From an uncultured virus (IMG/VR IMGVR_UViG_3300026522_000616) (Duplodnaviria > Heunggongvirae > Uroviricota > Caudoviricetes), in the IMG/VR virus record IMGVR_UViG_3300026522_000616: DNA of 64,000 nucleotides, one strand, 5' to 3'. Of this stretch, positions 40,502-49,042 are shown piece after piece; the first letter of the stretch is position 1; every line of letters starts with the position of its first letter. The position numbers were made by a program, and so were the translations under genes. A model generated the notes under the pieces. That model was not told where the DNA came from. It saw only the letters and a list, made by a program, of their open reading frames with translations, and made no database searches.

Positions 40502-42133
40502 ATGTCTGATGGGTTTGTAAATCTTCATGTACATAGCGAATATTCTTTATTGGATGGCATGATTAAAGTAGATGATTTAGTTAAAAAAACATTAGAATTT
40601 AATCAAATAGCCAGCGTGATTACAGACCATGGCAATGCCTACACAATTCCTGACCATTTTAAAGAAGCAAAGAAACAAGGACAACACGCGATTGCAGGTG
40701 TTGAATTATATACGGTAAAAGACCATACGCTAAAAGGTAAAGATGAAGGAGAAACAGAAAATGGTGCAAAACGAAACCATTTTCTTCTTTTAGCGAAAAA
40801 TAAAACAGGTTATCAAAAAATGTGTCGTATTCTTTCTAAAGGATATACGGAAGGATTTTATTATCGTCCTCGCGTAGATAATGGAATTATGGAAGAATAT
40901 TTAGACCCTGATGGAAAAGAATCAGATGTTATTGGTAGTTCAGCTTGCCTGGCCGGAATTCTGGCACAATCTATTTTAAAAGGCGATATAGAAACCGCTG
41001 AAAAATTTGCCAAATATTATTATAAATTATTTGGTGGAAATTTTTATTTGGAAATTCAACCAACACAAACATATGAACAGTATGTTGTCAATAAGGAATT
41101 ACTTGATATGTCAAAAAGATTAAATATTCCTCTAATTGCCACAACAGATGCACATTATCTGAAAAAAGAAGATAAGAAAACACATGATGTATTACTTTGT
41201 CTACAAAGTCATAGTTTGATTTCAGACCCAAATCGTTGGAGTTTCCCAGGTAATACATATTATATTATGAATAAAGAAGAACTTTGTTCATATTTTAAAC
41301 GCGAATATCAGTATAAATTGATTAAGAAAAAGAATACTAAGAAAAATGCCACATCTGAATTTACATATGAATATGTACATGATTATGATGGTATTAAATT
41401 TAGTGACCCTGAAAAAACAATCAATAATTTTGTTTCTGTAGAAAAAGAAGGACATTTTAGCTATGCAGATTTGAATCAAGAACAGATTGAAGAAGCAATT
41501 GCAGAAACAGAAAATATAGCAAATCAATGTACGTATGATATGGAATTTGGTAAACATTATTTACCAAAAATTCATATTCCTGTTGAGGACGTTAATTTTA
41601 GTAAATGGCGTTCAAAATTGAAACATCAAGGAAAACCGAATGAAGATTATTTAAAATATCTTTGTATTTTAGGATTAAAAGAACGTGGATTAACGGATAA
41701 AGTATATCGTAAAAGATTAAATTATGAATTGGGAATTATTAATGATATGGACTTTCCCGACTACTTTTTAATTTATTATGATATTGCTAAATTCTGTCAT
41801 GATAATAATATTCCATTCGGACCAGGTCGTGGTTGCTTTATTCCGAATGAATTAGTAAAAACAAATAATACAATTAAAAACATTCAAGATATTCAAATTG
41901 GAGATAAAGTATATTGCCATGATGAATTATTACATGATGTAATGGCAAAACATGAATATGACGTAGATGAAGATTTAATATCATTATCATGTAATAACGA
42001 AAAAATTGATGGTGTAACAAAAGACCATAAAATTTATGCTATTAAAAAAGATGATTTTGATAAAGGTATACGAGAACCAAAATGGTATTCTGCCAATGAA
42101 TTAGATATTGGTGATTATATTTGTAAATTATAA
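40502..42133 (+). CDS. dnaE: DNA polymerase III alpha, N-terminal half (PHP + start of palm) fused to split intein N-fragment
   Basis: FVNLHVHSEYSLLDG, ITDHG, GVELY, YYRPRVD, ATTDAHY, RLNYEL..I..MDFPDYFLI, GPGRG then intein. Confidence 0.95.
   Translation: MSDGFVNLHVHSEYSLLDGMIKVDDLVKKTLEFNQIASVITDHGNAYTIPDHFKEAKKQGQHAIAGVELYTVKDHTLKGKDEGETENGAKRNHFLLLAKNKTGYQKMCRILSKGYTEGFYYRPRVDNGIMEEYLDPDGKESDVIGSSACLAGILAQSILKGDIETAEKFAKYYYKLFGGNFYLEIQPTQTYEQYVVNKELLDMSKRLNIPLIATTDAHYLKKEDKKTHDVLLCLQSHSLISDPNRWSFPGNTYYIMNKEELCSYFKREYQYKLIKKKNTKKNATSEFTYEYVHDYDGIKFSDPEKTINNFVSVEKEGHFSYADLNQEQIEEAIAETENIANQCTYDMEFGKHYLPKIHIPVEDVNFSKWRSKLKHQGKPNEDYLKYLCILGLKERGLTDKVYRKRLNYELGIINDMDFPDYFLIYYDIAKFCHDNNIPFGPGRGCFIPNELVKTNNTIKNIQDIQIGDKVYCHDELLHDVMAKHEYDVDEDLISLSCNNEKIDGVTKDHKIYAIKKDDFDKGIREPKWYSANELDIGDYICKL
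41834..42130 (+). other. Split intein N-fragment (99 aa)
   Basis: Starts CFIPNELV.T....K.IQDIQIGD.V (block A); VTKDHKIY (block B TxxH); W..A.EL.IGD.I then stop. Confidence 0.92.
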
Positions 42134-42139
42134 AAAATT

Positions 42140-42172
42140 AAATGGATGTGCTTATTAAAGCACATCCATTTT
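42140..42172. terminator. Terminator after dnaE N-half
   Basis: AAATGGATGTGCTT-ATTA-AAGCACATCCATTT. Confidence 0.85.
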
Positions 42173-42651
42173 TAAATATATTCCATAATTGTATTATGAA
42201 TTTCTGTTAGTGCATAGTTCTGTTTTTCATATGGAAGATTAATAAATACAATATCACAGTTGTATTCTTTCGTGTTTGTATCTTGCCAATCAATGTTTTT
42301 GTTGTTAATTGTCGTATTTTCAATATATTCAAAAGATATATTGTGGTCGTTGTTTACTAATAGTACAAAAAATACCATTTTACCATTGTTCATATACTGT
42401 AGCCAATTTTTATTAGTATTTGAATTAAATGGAATATAGTGAAATTTTTCTTTCTGTTCTAATGCCATTAAACTAAATTTATTGTTTAATTGTGGTGCAT
42501 TTGGATACTCCATAAGATAAATATTTGTGTTATTATCATACATTTTGTTTAGAATGTCCGTAAATTCTTTATGAATAAGTTTAATTTCTTCTTTAGATAA
42601 TTGTGAATCGTTAATGAGATTTGTTTTTTTATGTTTTGTAAAAGAAAACAT
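42172..42651 (-). CDS. Hypothetical protein (paralogue of 43956..44459)
   Basis: Shared L(S/T)KEE.K..H.....L...Y.N....Y(L/I)M(E/D)Y...FV...N..H...Y.C....N.P.EK....IH. Confidence 0.7.
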   Translation of the reverse strand: MFSFTKHKKTNLINDSQLSKEEIKLIHKEFTDILNKMYDNNTNIYLMEYPNAPQLNNKFSLMALEQKEKFHYIPFNSNTNKNWLQYMNNGKMVFFVLLVNNDHNISFEYIENTTINNKNIDWQDTNTKEYNCDIVFINLPYEKQNYALTEIHNTIMEYI

Positions 42652-42713
42652 GATGAAAACCTCCGAATTATATTATATATATTATATATGAACTTTTTTT
42701 CTTCTTTGATTAT

Positions 42714-42742
42714 ATAGTAACATATTTTTTGAAAATTGTCAA
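42714..42742 (-). promoter_or_regulatory. sigmaA-like promoter for 42172..42651
   Basis: TTGACA-N17-TACTAT with extended TG on the minus strand. Confidence 0.7.
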
Positions 42743-42773
42743 CACTATTTTGAAAAAGGTTGTGAAAAATTTT

Positions 42774-43925
42774 ATGAAACGATTATCAAAATCATATCAA
42801 ACGGATGGATTTAATATTAATACAGATACAGAATTGAAAGCAATACAGGCAAAATATCCTGAATGTAGTAAAGATAAACTTGTTGATTTTGAAAAAAGTG
42901 GAATGAGCGGGTTTGGAGAAGTTGGATATAAATTTAATGAACATAATAATGATTTATCTGTTTATGTAATTGAATCTTTTGTATTTATGGATGTAGATAA
43001 AAGTCAAGGTCAACAAATAAATAAATTAGTATATATAGCTCAAAAATTAGATGTTAGCAATGAAAATATTGATAATGAACCAATGTATGTAAGTGATGCA
43101 TTTGTAAATGAAGGTAAAAATACATTTAATTTACAAGCAAGAAAACGTTATTTAGCGAAATTCCAAACCAATTTAAATATTAAACCATTAAAGAATGAAT
43201 GTAAAAATTATCAAGATTTAAAAACAGAATTAATTAAAGAACTTGGTAAAGAAAAGGTAGAACAAGGATTAGCTTATGAACAAGGAAGGACGTTAGAAGA
43301 TGCACATAAAGAATTTAATAAATTGTCATCATTTAAACGTTTAGTTAAATCTACTTTATTTGATGGTCAACCAATGAATGAAAAAGATTTAGAAGAAGAA
43401 TTAAAAATAAAAAAATTAAAGTCAATAAAAGTACAAATTAATACAGAACTACAATTACAATTTAGTGAACCTTTATTTGGAAATGTTTCTGATGAAGAAT
43501 ATAAAGATGTTAATAATGCTATTGACATAATTGGATTAAATAATATAGAAGATAAATGTTCAGAAATATCAAGTGAAATTTTGTTTGGGTCTAAATGTTC
43601 ATTTACTATTCAACGTAGTATGAATAATAGTGTTGAATTATTGGTTAGTATTTTTAGTGGAAAATATGTTGATTTTGATAAAAAATGGATAAAAGCTACT
43701 CCTACACAATTTAAATCATTAGTTCGCAAATGGTATAAACAATGTATGCCTTTAATAAAGGAAGCAAAAGATGATATTTATAATTCTATAGAAAATAAAA
43801 ATGATATAATTGAAAATGAAGATATTCCAATAAATGAAGTGGAAAATTCATTGATAATAAAGCATAGAAGAATTTCCAAATATGAATTTATAAAACAATA
43901 TGGCAATGGTGAACTAAATATATAA
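42774..43925 (+). CDS. Hypothetical protein (MKRL start)
   Basis: Long ORF; probable ATG 42774; internal KRLVKS. Confidence 0.65.
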   Translation: MKRLSKSYQTDGFNINTDTELKAIQAKYPECSKDKLVDFEKSGMSGFGEVGYKFNEHNNDLSVYVIESFVFMDVDKSQGQQINKLVYIAQKLDVSNENIDNEPMYVSDAFVNEGKNTFNLQARKRYLAKFQTNLNIKPLKNECKNYQDLKTELIKELGKEKVEQGLAYEQGRTLEDAHKEFNKLSSFKRLVKSTLFDGQPMNEKDLEEELKIKKLKSIKVQINTELQLQFSEPLFGNVSDEEYKDVNNAIDIIGLNNIEDKCSEISSEILFGSKCSFTIQRSMNNSVELLVSIFSGKYVDFDKKWIKATPTQFKSLVRKWYKQCMPLIKEAKDDIYNSIENKNDIIENEDIPINEVENSLIIKHRRISKYEFIKQYGNGELNI

Positions 43926-43955
43926 AAAAAATAGAGGATGCATCCTCTATTTTTT

Positions 43956-44459
43956 TTATATATTTTTGTCTACAAATTCAAAAAGTGCTTCGTGAATACT
44001 TCCCATAGTATCATGAAGTTTTTCAATTGGTGCATTTACTTGAAACAGATTGCATGAATAATATTTATTTTCATCACTATTATATAGGTTCGTATTCTTT
44101 ACATAAGAAATATTTAACTGATGATTGTAGTTAATTCCAAATACGAAAATTGTAATTTCACCATTTTTATACATTTTGAGAAAATGATAAAAAAATAATT
44201 GTCTATCTAATCTTTTATATTCTGTATTCGGTAATTCTTCTAATACATATAAATTTGCACCATCGGAAAATTTTGTAAAAGATGTATAATCCATAATGTA
44301 TTTATGGATTTTTTTATTTTTATAAATATTTTTTAATGCAAATGAAGTTTTATCATGTACATATTTTTTTTCTTCTTTTGTAAGGTGTGTTGGTGCGAAA
44401 ATGATTTTATTATCATTTGCATTATTGTTTGATTTTTTACTAAAAAATGGAATATGCAT
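43956..44459 (-). CDS. Hypothetical protein (paralogue of 42172..42651)
   Basis: Alignable by eye over most of its length. Confidence 0.7.
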   Translation of the reverse strand: MHIPFFSKKSNNNANDNKIIFAPTHLTKEEKKYVHDKTSFALKNIYKNKKIHKYIMDYTSFTKFSDGANLYVLEELPNTEYKRLDRQLFFYHFLKMYKNGEITIFVFGINYNHQLNISYVKNTNLYNSDENKYYSCNLFQVNAPIEKLHDTMGSIHEALFEFVDKNI

Positions 44460-44531
44460 GATGTAATTACCTCTTATTGTAACTTTATATAATATATAGA
44501 GATTTCTTTTTTTTAGTTTAATTATATTATG

Positions 44532-44737
44532 ATAACGTCAAAATTACATATAAATAAGAATAAATATGTATATTTTTGTTTAGAATTCTAAATTCAAGGT
44601 ATCGTTAATATACCTACCTTAATCTTTTTAGGATGCGGTATTTTGACGAATGTTATTTAACATTTGTGCATATATTTGTTTGAATTCTTCATGTTTTATG
44701 CCAATAGGAATGAATTTATTTGATTCAATTTCTTGAT
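44532..44737 (-). mobile_element. Non-autonomous IS607 derivative consisting only of the omega-RNA/right-end region
   Basis: Colinear, closely similar copy of 12450-12655; TGATAA at both junctions (44530-44535, 44734-44739). Confidence 0.9.
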
Positions 44738-44788
44738 AATATAATTTTGTCAACAATTTTAAAAAAATTTTAAGGGGCGGTAATAAAA

Positions 44789-44970
44789 ATGAAACGACTT
44801 GTAGCCATTGCTGTAAATACAGAAGAGCTTGGTATTTCAACAGAAGAAGAATTGAAATGGATTCAAAATGATAAAATGTATTTAACTAAAGATAATATAC
44901 ATAATTATGAAAAAAAATAATAATAAAGGTGGTTACGGTTTGTATATGAAAATGGTGGTAATCCATTAGA
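44789..44970 (+). pseudogene. Truncated/frameshifted paralogue of 42774..43925
   Basis: MKRLVAIAVNTEELGISTEEELKWIQ..TKD aligns with MKRLSKSYQTDGFNINTDTELKAIQ..SKD; stop at 44918-44920 right after an A8 run. Confidence 0.55.
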
Positions 44971-44997
44971 AGAAATTCCCGTATAAAGGAGTATATT

Positions 44998-45708
44998 ATG
45001 AATCGAATTTATTGTTTACATGATAATATATTAGACTTATTAAAGAAGAAAATAGATAATACAGATATACTTACATTTGATGATGGGCATTACTCTGTTT
45101 ATAAATATAGATATATATTAGATGATATAGATTGCAAAAAAATATTGTTTGTAACACCTAGTTATATATCTATGGATAGACGAGAAGAAGAACCAGATAT
45201 GTCTATATATTATCAATGGTATTATCGTGTTATGAATAAATCTCCTTGGTTAAATATTTATGAAATAGAAGATTTAATTAAAAATCATAATATAGAATTA
45301 GGGATGCATTCTTACTATCATGATTTTGTATATGTAAAAGGACAGAATGATGAAGATAGAATGTGGAGAATGTATAAAATATCTAAAGATATAAATAAAA
45401 TGAAAATTTTAAATCGTATGTACAGTATACATTCTAGTTTATCTGTTAAAGGTATAGATGTGTTAAATGGTTGTTTATATCATAGAAACGATATTCAATT
45501 TGAAGAATTTATTAAATCAGATACATTTATGTGTGTAGATTGGTTTAAAAAATATTTTGGAGTTCCTAAAAAATATGCTTATCCATTTTTTGAAGGTTCT
45601 CCTACTTTAGATTTTGAATTATTTAAATATGGCATTAAAAAAGAAAATATATATGGTAAACGAGAAAATATTAAAAATGCTATTGACAAAAACGATAAAA
45701 TAAGATAG
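44998..45708 (+). CDS. Polysaccharide deacetylase (NodB-like) family protein
   Basis: LTFDDG, ELGMHSYYH, YAYPF. Confidence 0.8.
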   Translation: MNRIYCLHDNILDLLKKKIDNTDILTFDDGHYSVYKYRYILDDIDCKKILFVTPSYISMDRREEEPDMSIYYQWYYRVMNKSPWLNIYEIEDLIKNHNIELGMHSYYHDFVYVKGQNDEDRMWRMYKISKDINKMKILNRMYSIHSSLSVKGIDVLNGCLYHRNDIQFEEFIKSDTFMCVDWFKKYFGVPKKYAYPFFEGSPTLDFELFKYGIKKENIYGKRENIKNAIDKNDKIR

Positions 45709-45711
45709 AAT
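45683..45711 (+). promoter_or_regulatory. sigmaA-like promoter
   Basis: TTGACA-N17-TAGAAT. Confidence 0.65.
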
Positions 45712-45735
45712 TATATAAAAAAGGAGGTGATTTTC

Positions 45736-46035
45736 ATGAGCTTGCTTTTTGGTGGTTCATCTTATACGGATTTAATTAAAGATAATAATCGTGATTTGTG
45801 GTCAACTACGCCAATTATTTTTCCAACGGTCACACAATTAAAATCAATGGACGAATGGATTAGTTGTGTGAATAAGATTATGTATTTGGTTTTTGATGCT
45901 TTTTATTCTTGCCAATCATCAGTTGAATGTAAAGTACCTGTTGAATATAAAAAAGATATTATTCAATATTTAAAAAATTCAGGATATGATTGTTACGAGA
46001 AAGATGAAAACATTCTCTTGATTAGTGGGTGGTAA
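45736..46035 (+). CDS. Hypothetical protein
   Basis: Strong RBS AGGAGGTG. Confidence 0.65.
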   Translation: MSLLFGGSSYTDLIKDNNRDLWSTTPIIFPTVTQLKSMDEWISCVNKIMYLVFDAFYSCQSSVECKVPVEYKKDIIQYLKNSGYDCYEKDENILLISGW

Positions 46036-46036
46036 T

Positions 46037-46258
46037 ATGGCTAAGAAACGTTTGGTAAAACGTACTGTTAATTCTCCATATCATGCGTTTTATGGATATG
46101 GTTATTATCCGTGGTATTGGGGAACAGGTTATGGATATGACGATGTAGATTATGATTTAGATAATTCTCCTTACGACAATTCATCTTTTGATGGTTATTC
46201 CACAGATGTATTTGACGGTGGATTTGATGGAGGTTTTGATGGTGGGTGTGATATATGA
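46037..46258 (+). CDS. Small Tyr/Gly/Asp-rich low-complexity protein
   Basis: KKRLVKR basic start, YGYGYYPWYWG, (FDGG)3. Confidence 0.65.
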   Translation: MAKKRLVKRTVNSPYHAFYGYGYYPWYWGTGYGYDDVDYDLDNSPYDNSSFDGYSTDVFDGGFDGGFDGGCDI

Positions 46259-47019
46259 ATATAGTAAAAGCTAAATTAATTCAATTGGCAGAAGAAGAAC
46301 AAAAGCAGGAAGAAAATAAAGAATATACATTTGACGAATTAAACAAACTTTGTCAAGATAAATATGGAGAAGATTTGCAACAAATAGATACTCCTGAACA
46401 AGAGCAGGAAATATTTGGTGAAGAAAAAGAAGGACACACAGGTTATCCATATTTTGTATGTGGAGACAAAGTTTATAATAATTTAGATGATGTAAAATCA
46501 GATGTAGTAGAAGAACAAAAAACTACACAGGAGTTTAATTCCGCAGGTACTTCCTTAAATCAAATTCCTGCACTACATAAAAAACTTGTAAATAAAAATA
46601 TGTTGAATGGAGTCAATTTTGATAATGGTGCAGGTAAATTTGATAAAGCTACAAATTTCCTAGCAGATAATGATATTCAAAATGTAAGATATGACCCATA
46701 TAATCTTCCTGAAGAAGTTAATAAACAGGCAGATAATTATGTAGGACAATGTGATACATCTACGTGTGCGAATGTACTAAATGTTATTAAAGAAGATTCT
46801 GCAAAAATTGATGTATTAAAACGTTCTTATGATATGTTAAAACCTGGTGGCACATTATATATTTCTGTTTATGAAGGAAATCGTAGTGGTATTGGAAAAG
46901 AAAGTAAACCTGGTTGTTGGCAAGAGAATAAGAAATTAAAAGATTATGTTCCAATTGTTGAAAAAGTATTTCCAAAAGTAACTATTTCTAATGGCATGAT
47001 TGAAGCTACAAAGGAGTAA
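46255..47019 (+). CDS. Class I SAM-dependent methyltransferase
   Basis: NFDNGAGK motif I, YDPYN, NVLNVI, LKPGGTLYISVY. Confidence 0.8.
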   Translation: MNIVKAKLIQLAEEEQKQEENKEYTFDELNKLCQDKYGEDLQQIDTPEQEQEIFGEEKEGHTGYPYFVCGDKVYNNLDDVKSDVVEEQKTTQEFNSAGTSLNQIPALHKKLVNKNMLNGVNFDNGAGKFDKATNFLADNDIQNVRYDPYNLPEEVNKQADNYVGQCDTSTCANVLNVIKEDSAKIDVLKRSYDMLKPGGTLYISVYEGNRSGIGKESKPGCWQENKKLKDYVPIVEKVFPKVTISNGMIEATKE

Positions 47020-47021
47020 AA

Positions 47022-47339
47022 ATGGTTATTGAACGAAAAGTATTAAATAAGATTGCAGGGATTATTTGTGCTATTTTTATAACAATTACTTTAATTTCTG
47101 TTGTTTTAATGTTATCTCCAAACGTATTAACAAAACATTACGGTGGGGAATATACAATTGATTTACCGCAAGGAAGAAAATTAGTTCCTTATACAGTTCA
47201 ATGGGAACAAAAAAGTTCAAATATTTGGTATTTAACTGAGCCAATGAACGAAACAGATGAACCTAAAGAATATCAATTTCATGAATCTTCTAATTTAGGT
47301 ATTCTTCAAGGAACAATTACTTTTAAAGAACATAAATAA
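47022..47339 (+). CDS. Membrane-anchored hypothetical protein
   Basis: N-terminal TM; K.YGG...I.LP.G.KL....W....IWYLT.PM. Confidence 0.65.
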   Translation: MVIERKVLNKIAGIICAIFITITLISVVLMLSPNVLTKHYGGEYTIDLPQGRKLVPYTVQWEQKSSNIWYLTEPMNETDEPKEYQFHESSNLGILQGTITFKEHK

Positions 47340-47399
47340 TATAATAAATAGACAAGGCAAAAACCTTGTCTATTTTACTATATCGGTAGGTGATATATA

Positions 47400-47597
47400 A
47401 TGAATTTGCAAGAAGCGTATGATTTTATAGTACAGTATTGTAAAAAGAATAATTGTGATAATTGCCCTTTTTATGAAACAAATAAAACTTATCCTGAAGA
47501 AGTTTGTTTGTTAGCCATAGGTGTAGCACCGTGTTTTTGGGATGATATAAAAAATGAAAAAAATAAAAAACAATATCTTAGAAATAGATATTATTGA
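47400..47597 (+). CDS. Small Cys-rich hypothetical protein
   Basis: C....C..CPF....C.L....PC.W. Confidence 0.6.
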   Translation: MNLQEAYDFIVQYCKKNNCDNCPFYETNKTYPEEVCLLAIGVAPCFWDDIKNEKNKKQYLRNRYY

Positions 47598-48447
47598 TGG
47601 TTGTAATGCGAAATGTGTTTGTTGCCCTCGTGGATTAGGATTATTAGGTAATTCCATGACTAAAATGGACTATGAACTATATAAAAAAGTTATAGATAAA
47701 GCCCATAATATAGGAATTAATGAAATTGTTTTGTTTAGTTGGAGTGAACCTTTTTTACATCCGCAATTATTTAATTTTTGTAAATACGCAAAACAATATC
47801 ATATGAAAGTAGATTTGTCAACAAATTTATCATTAAAAAATATAGATTTTGAAAATATATTGCCTTATGTAGATAGTTTGATTATTTCTGTTAGTGGTTT
47901 TTATCAATCAATATATGAAATTAATCATAAAAATTGTAATGTAGATTTAGTAAAAGAAAATATATTGAAAATTGGAAATGTGAATATTCCAACATATATT
48001 CAATTGAGATATTTTGTCTATGATTATAATCAAGAAGAAATTCAACTATGGAAAGATTTTTTGCCAAAAAATATTCATTTTTGGAAATGTGAAGGTAATG
48101 ATAATCCATTACAAAGTATAGAAGCGATGAAACAAAATCAATTGCCTGAAGAATATTTTGGAAAAATAGAGTATGGTAAAAACGAATATAGAGACAATAT
48201 TAGAATGGATTATTGTGATTTAACTAGAATGATTACGTTAGATTGGAAAGCAGATGAATATTTGTGTTGTGAAAAAATATATGATAAATCTATTAAAATA
48301 GGTAATTTCTTAAAAGATGATATATATGAAATGCAAAAGAAAAAATTAATGCATAAAGAATGTGATATATGTCATAGAAAAAAATCATATCTATCTTTTT
48401 TATCTAAAAGCGATTTTAATCGAATAAAAGAAAAAACCTTCTTGTAA
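47554..48447 (+). CDS. Radical SAM protein with C-terminal SPASM/twitch-like cysteines
   Basis: CNAKCVCCP (CxxxCxxC), WSEPFLHP, STN; C-terminal C...YLCC...IGN...C..C. Confidence 0.88.
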   Translation: MKKIKNNILEIDIIDGCNAKCVCCPRGLGLLGNSMTKMDYELYKKVIDKAHNIGINEIVLFSWSEPFLHPQLFNFCKYAKQYHMKVDLSTNLSLKNIDFENILPYVDSLIISVSGFYQSIYEINHKNCNVDLVKENILKIGNVNIPTYIQLRYFVYDYNQEEIQLWKDFLPKNIHFWKCEGNDNPLQSIEAMKQNQLPEEYFGKIEYGKNEYRDNIRMDYCDLTRMITLDWKADEYLCCEKIYDKSIKIGNFLKDDIYEMQKKKLMHKECDICHRKKSYLSFLSKSDFNRIKEKTFL

Positions 48448-48470
48448 TAGTTTTGAAAAAATGATATACT
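48442..48470 (+). promoter_or_regulatory. sigmaA-like promoter for dnaE C-half
   Basis: TTGTAA-N17-TATACT with extended TG; RBS GAAGGGAG downstream. Confidence 0.65.
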
Positions 48471-48489
48471 AACTCTAAGAAGGGAGTGA

Positions 48490-48690
48490 GTGCCTATGCA
48501 CTTTAAGCAGATAACAGATAAGTCAACTTATCATTATCAAGGAAAAGTGTATGATTTAACTGTTGATGGAGCACACTCATATAATGTCAATAATTTTATT
48601 GTACATAATAGTGGTGCAGGTTCATTAGTTAATCATGCGCTAGGTATTACACAGATTAATCCATTGGATTATGACCTTATCTTTGAGCGT
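48490..48690 (+). CDS. dnaE: dnaE C-half exon 1: split intein C-fragment (48490-48609) + SGAGSLV..ALGIT..NPL.Y.L.FER
   Basis: VYDLTVDGAHSY.VNNFIVHN|S (intein blocks F/G, Ser+1) followed by conserved DnaE sequence. Confidence 0.92.
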
Positions 48691-49042
48691 AAACAAATGT
48701 TTTGTCAGGTAACAAATTGCGCTCGTAAAATCTATTGAATTGCTGGAAAGTTCTAAAGCCTATATAACTACAACGTGATTCGTGAGAATGAGCGTGAATG
48801 TTACGAAAGTAGAAAAAATATATAGGATTACCCATGCTGAAATAATAACATACGGTGACGTAGTGCTAAAGGTGAATAAATGGATAATCAGCATCTAAGT
48901 ATCTTAGTGATAAGATAAAAGTTCAACGACTAAAGAAAGTATACTTATAAAATATAAGCAGAAATCTTATTAGCGGTAGACATGTTTACAACAAACATGG
49001 TGATATAGTCTAATTTTTGCATAAAAGTGCAAATTTTTAATG
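48691..49042 (+). ncRNA. Group I intron (ORF-less, 352 nt) in dnaE
   Basis: Exon ends GAGCGU and pairs with IGS GCGCUC (48719-48724, U-G wobble); P AATTGCTGGAAA, Q AATCAGCA, R GTTCAACGACTA, S GATATAGTC; terminal G; splicing gives FER|FLNPDR. Confidence 0.93.

Noticed and set aside
44628..44840. 70-aa ORF ending in TnpB-like residues
   Set aside because: By-product of the tnpB 3' fragment in the omega-RNA relic; no nuclease domain, no clear RBS
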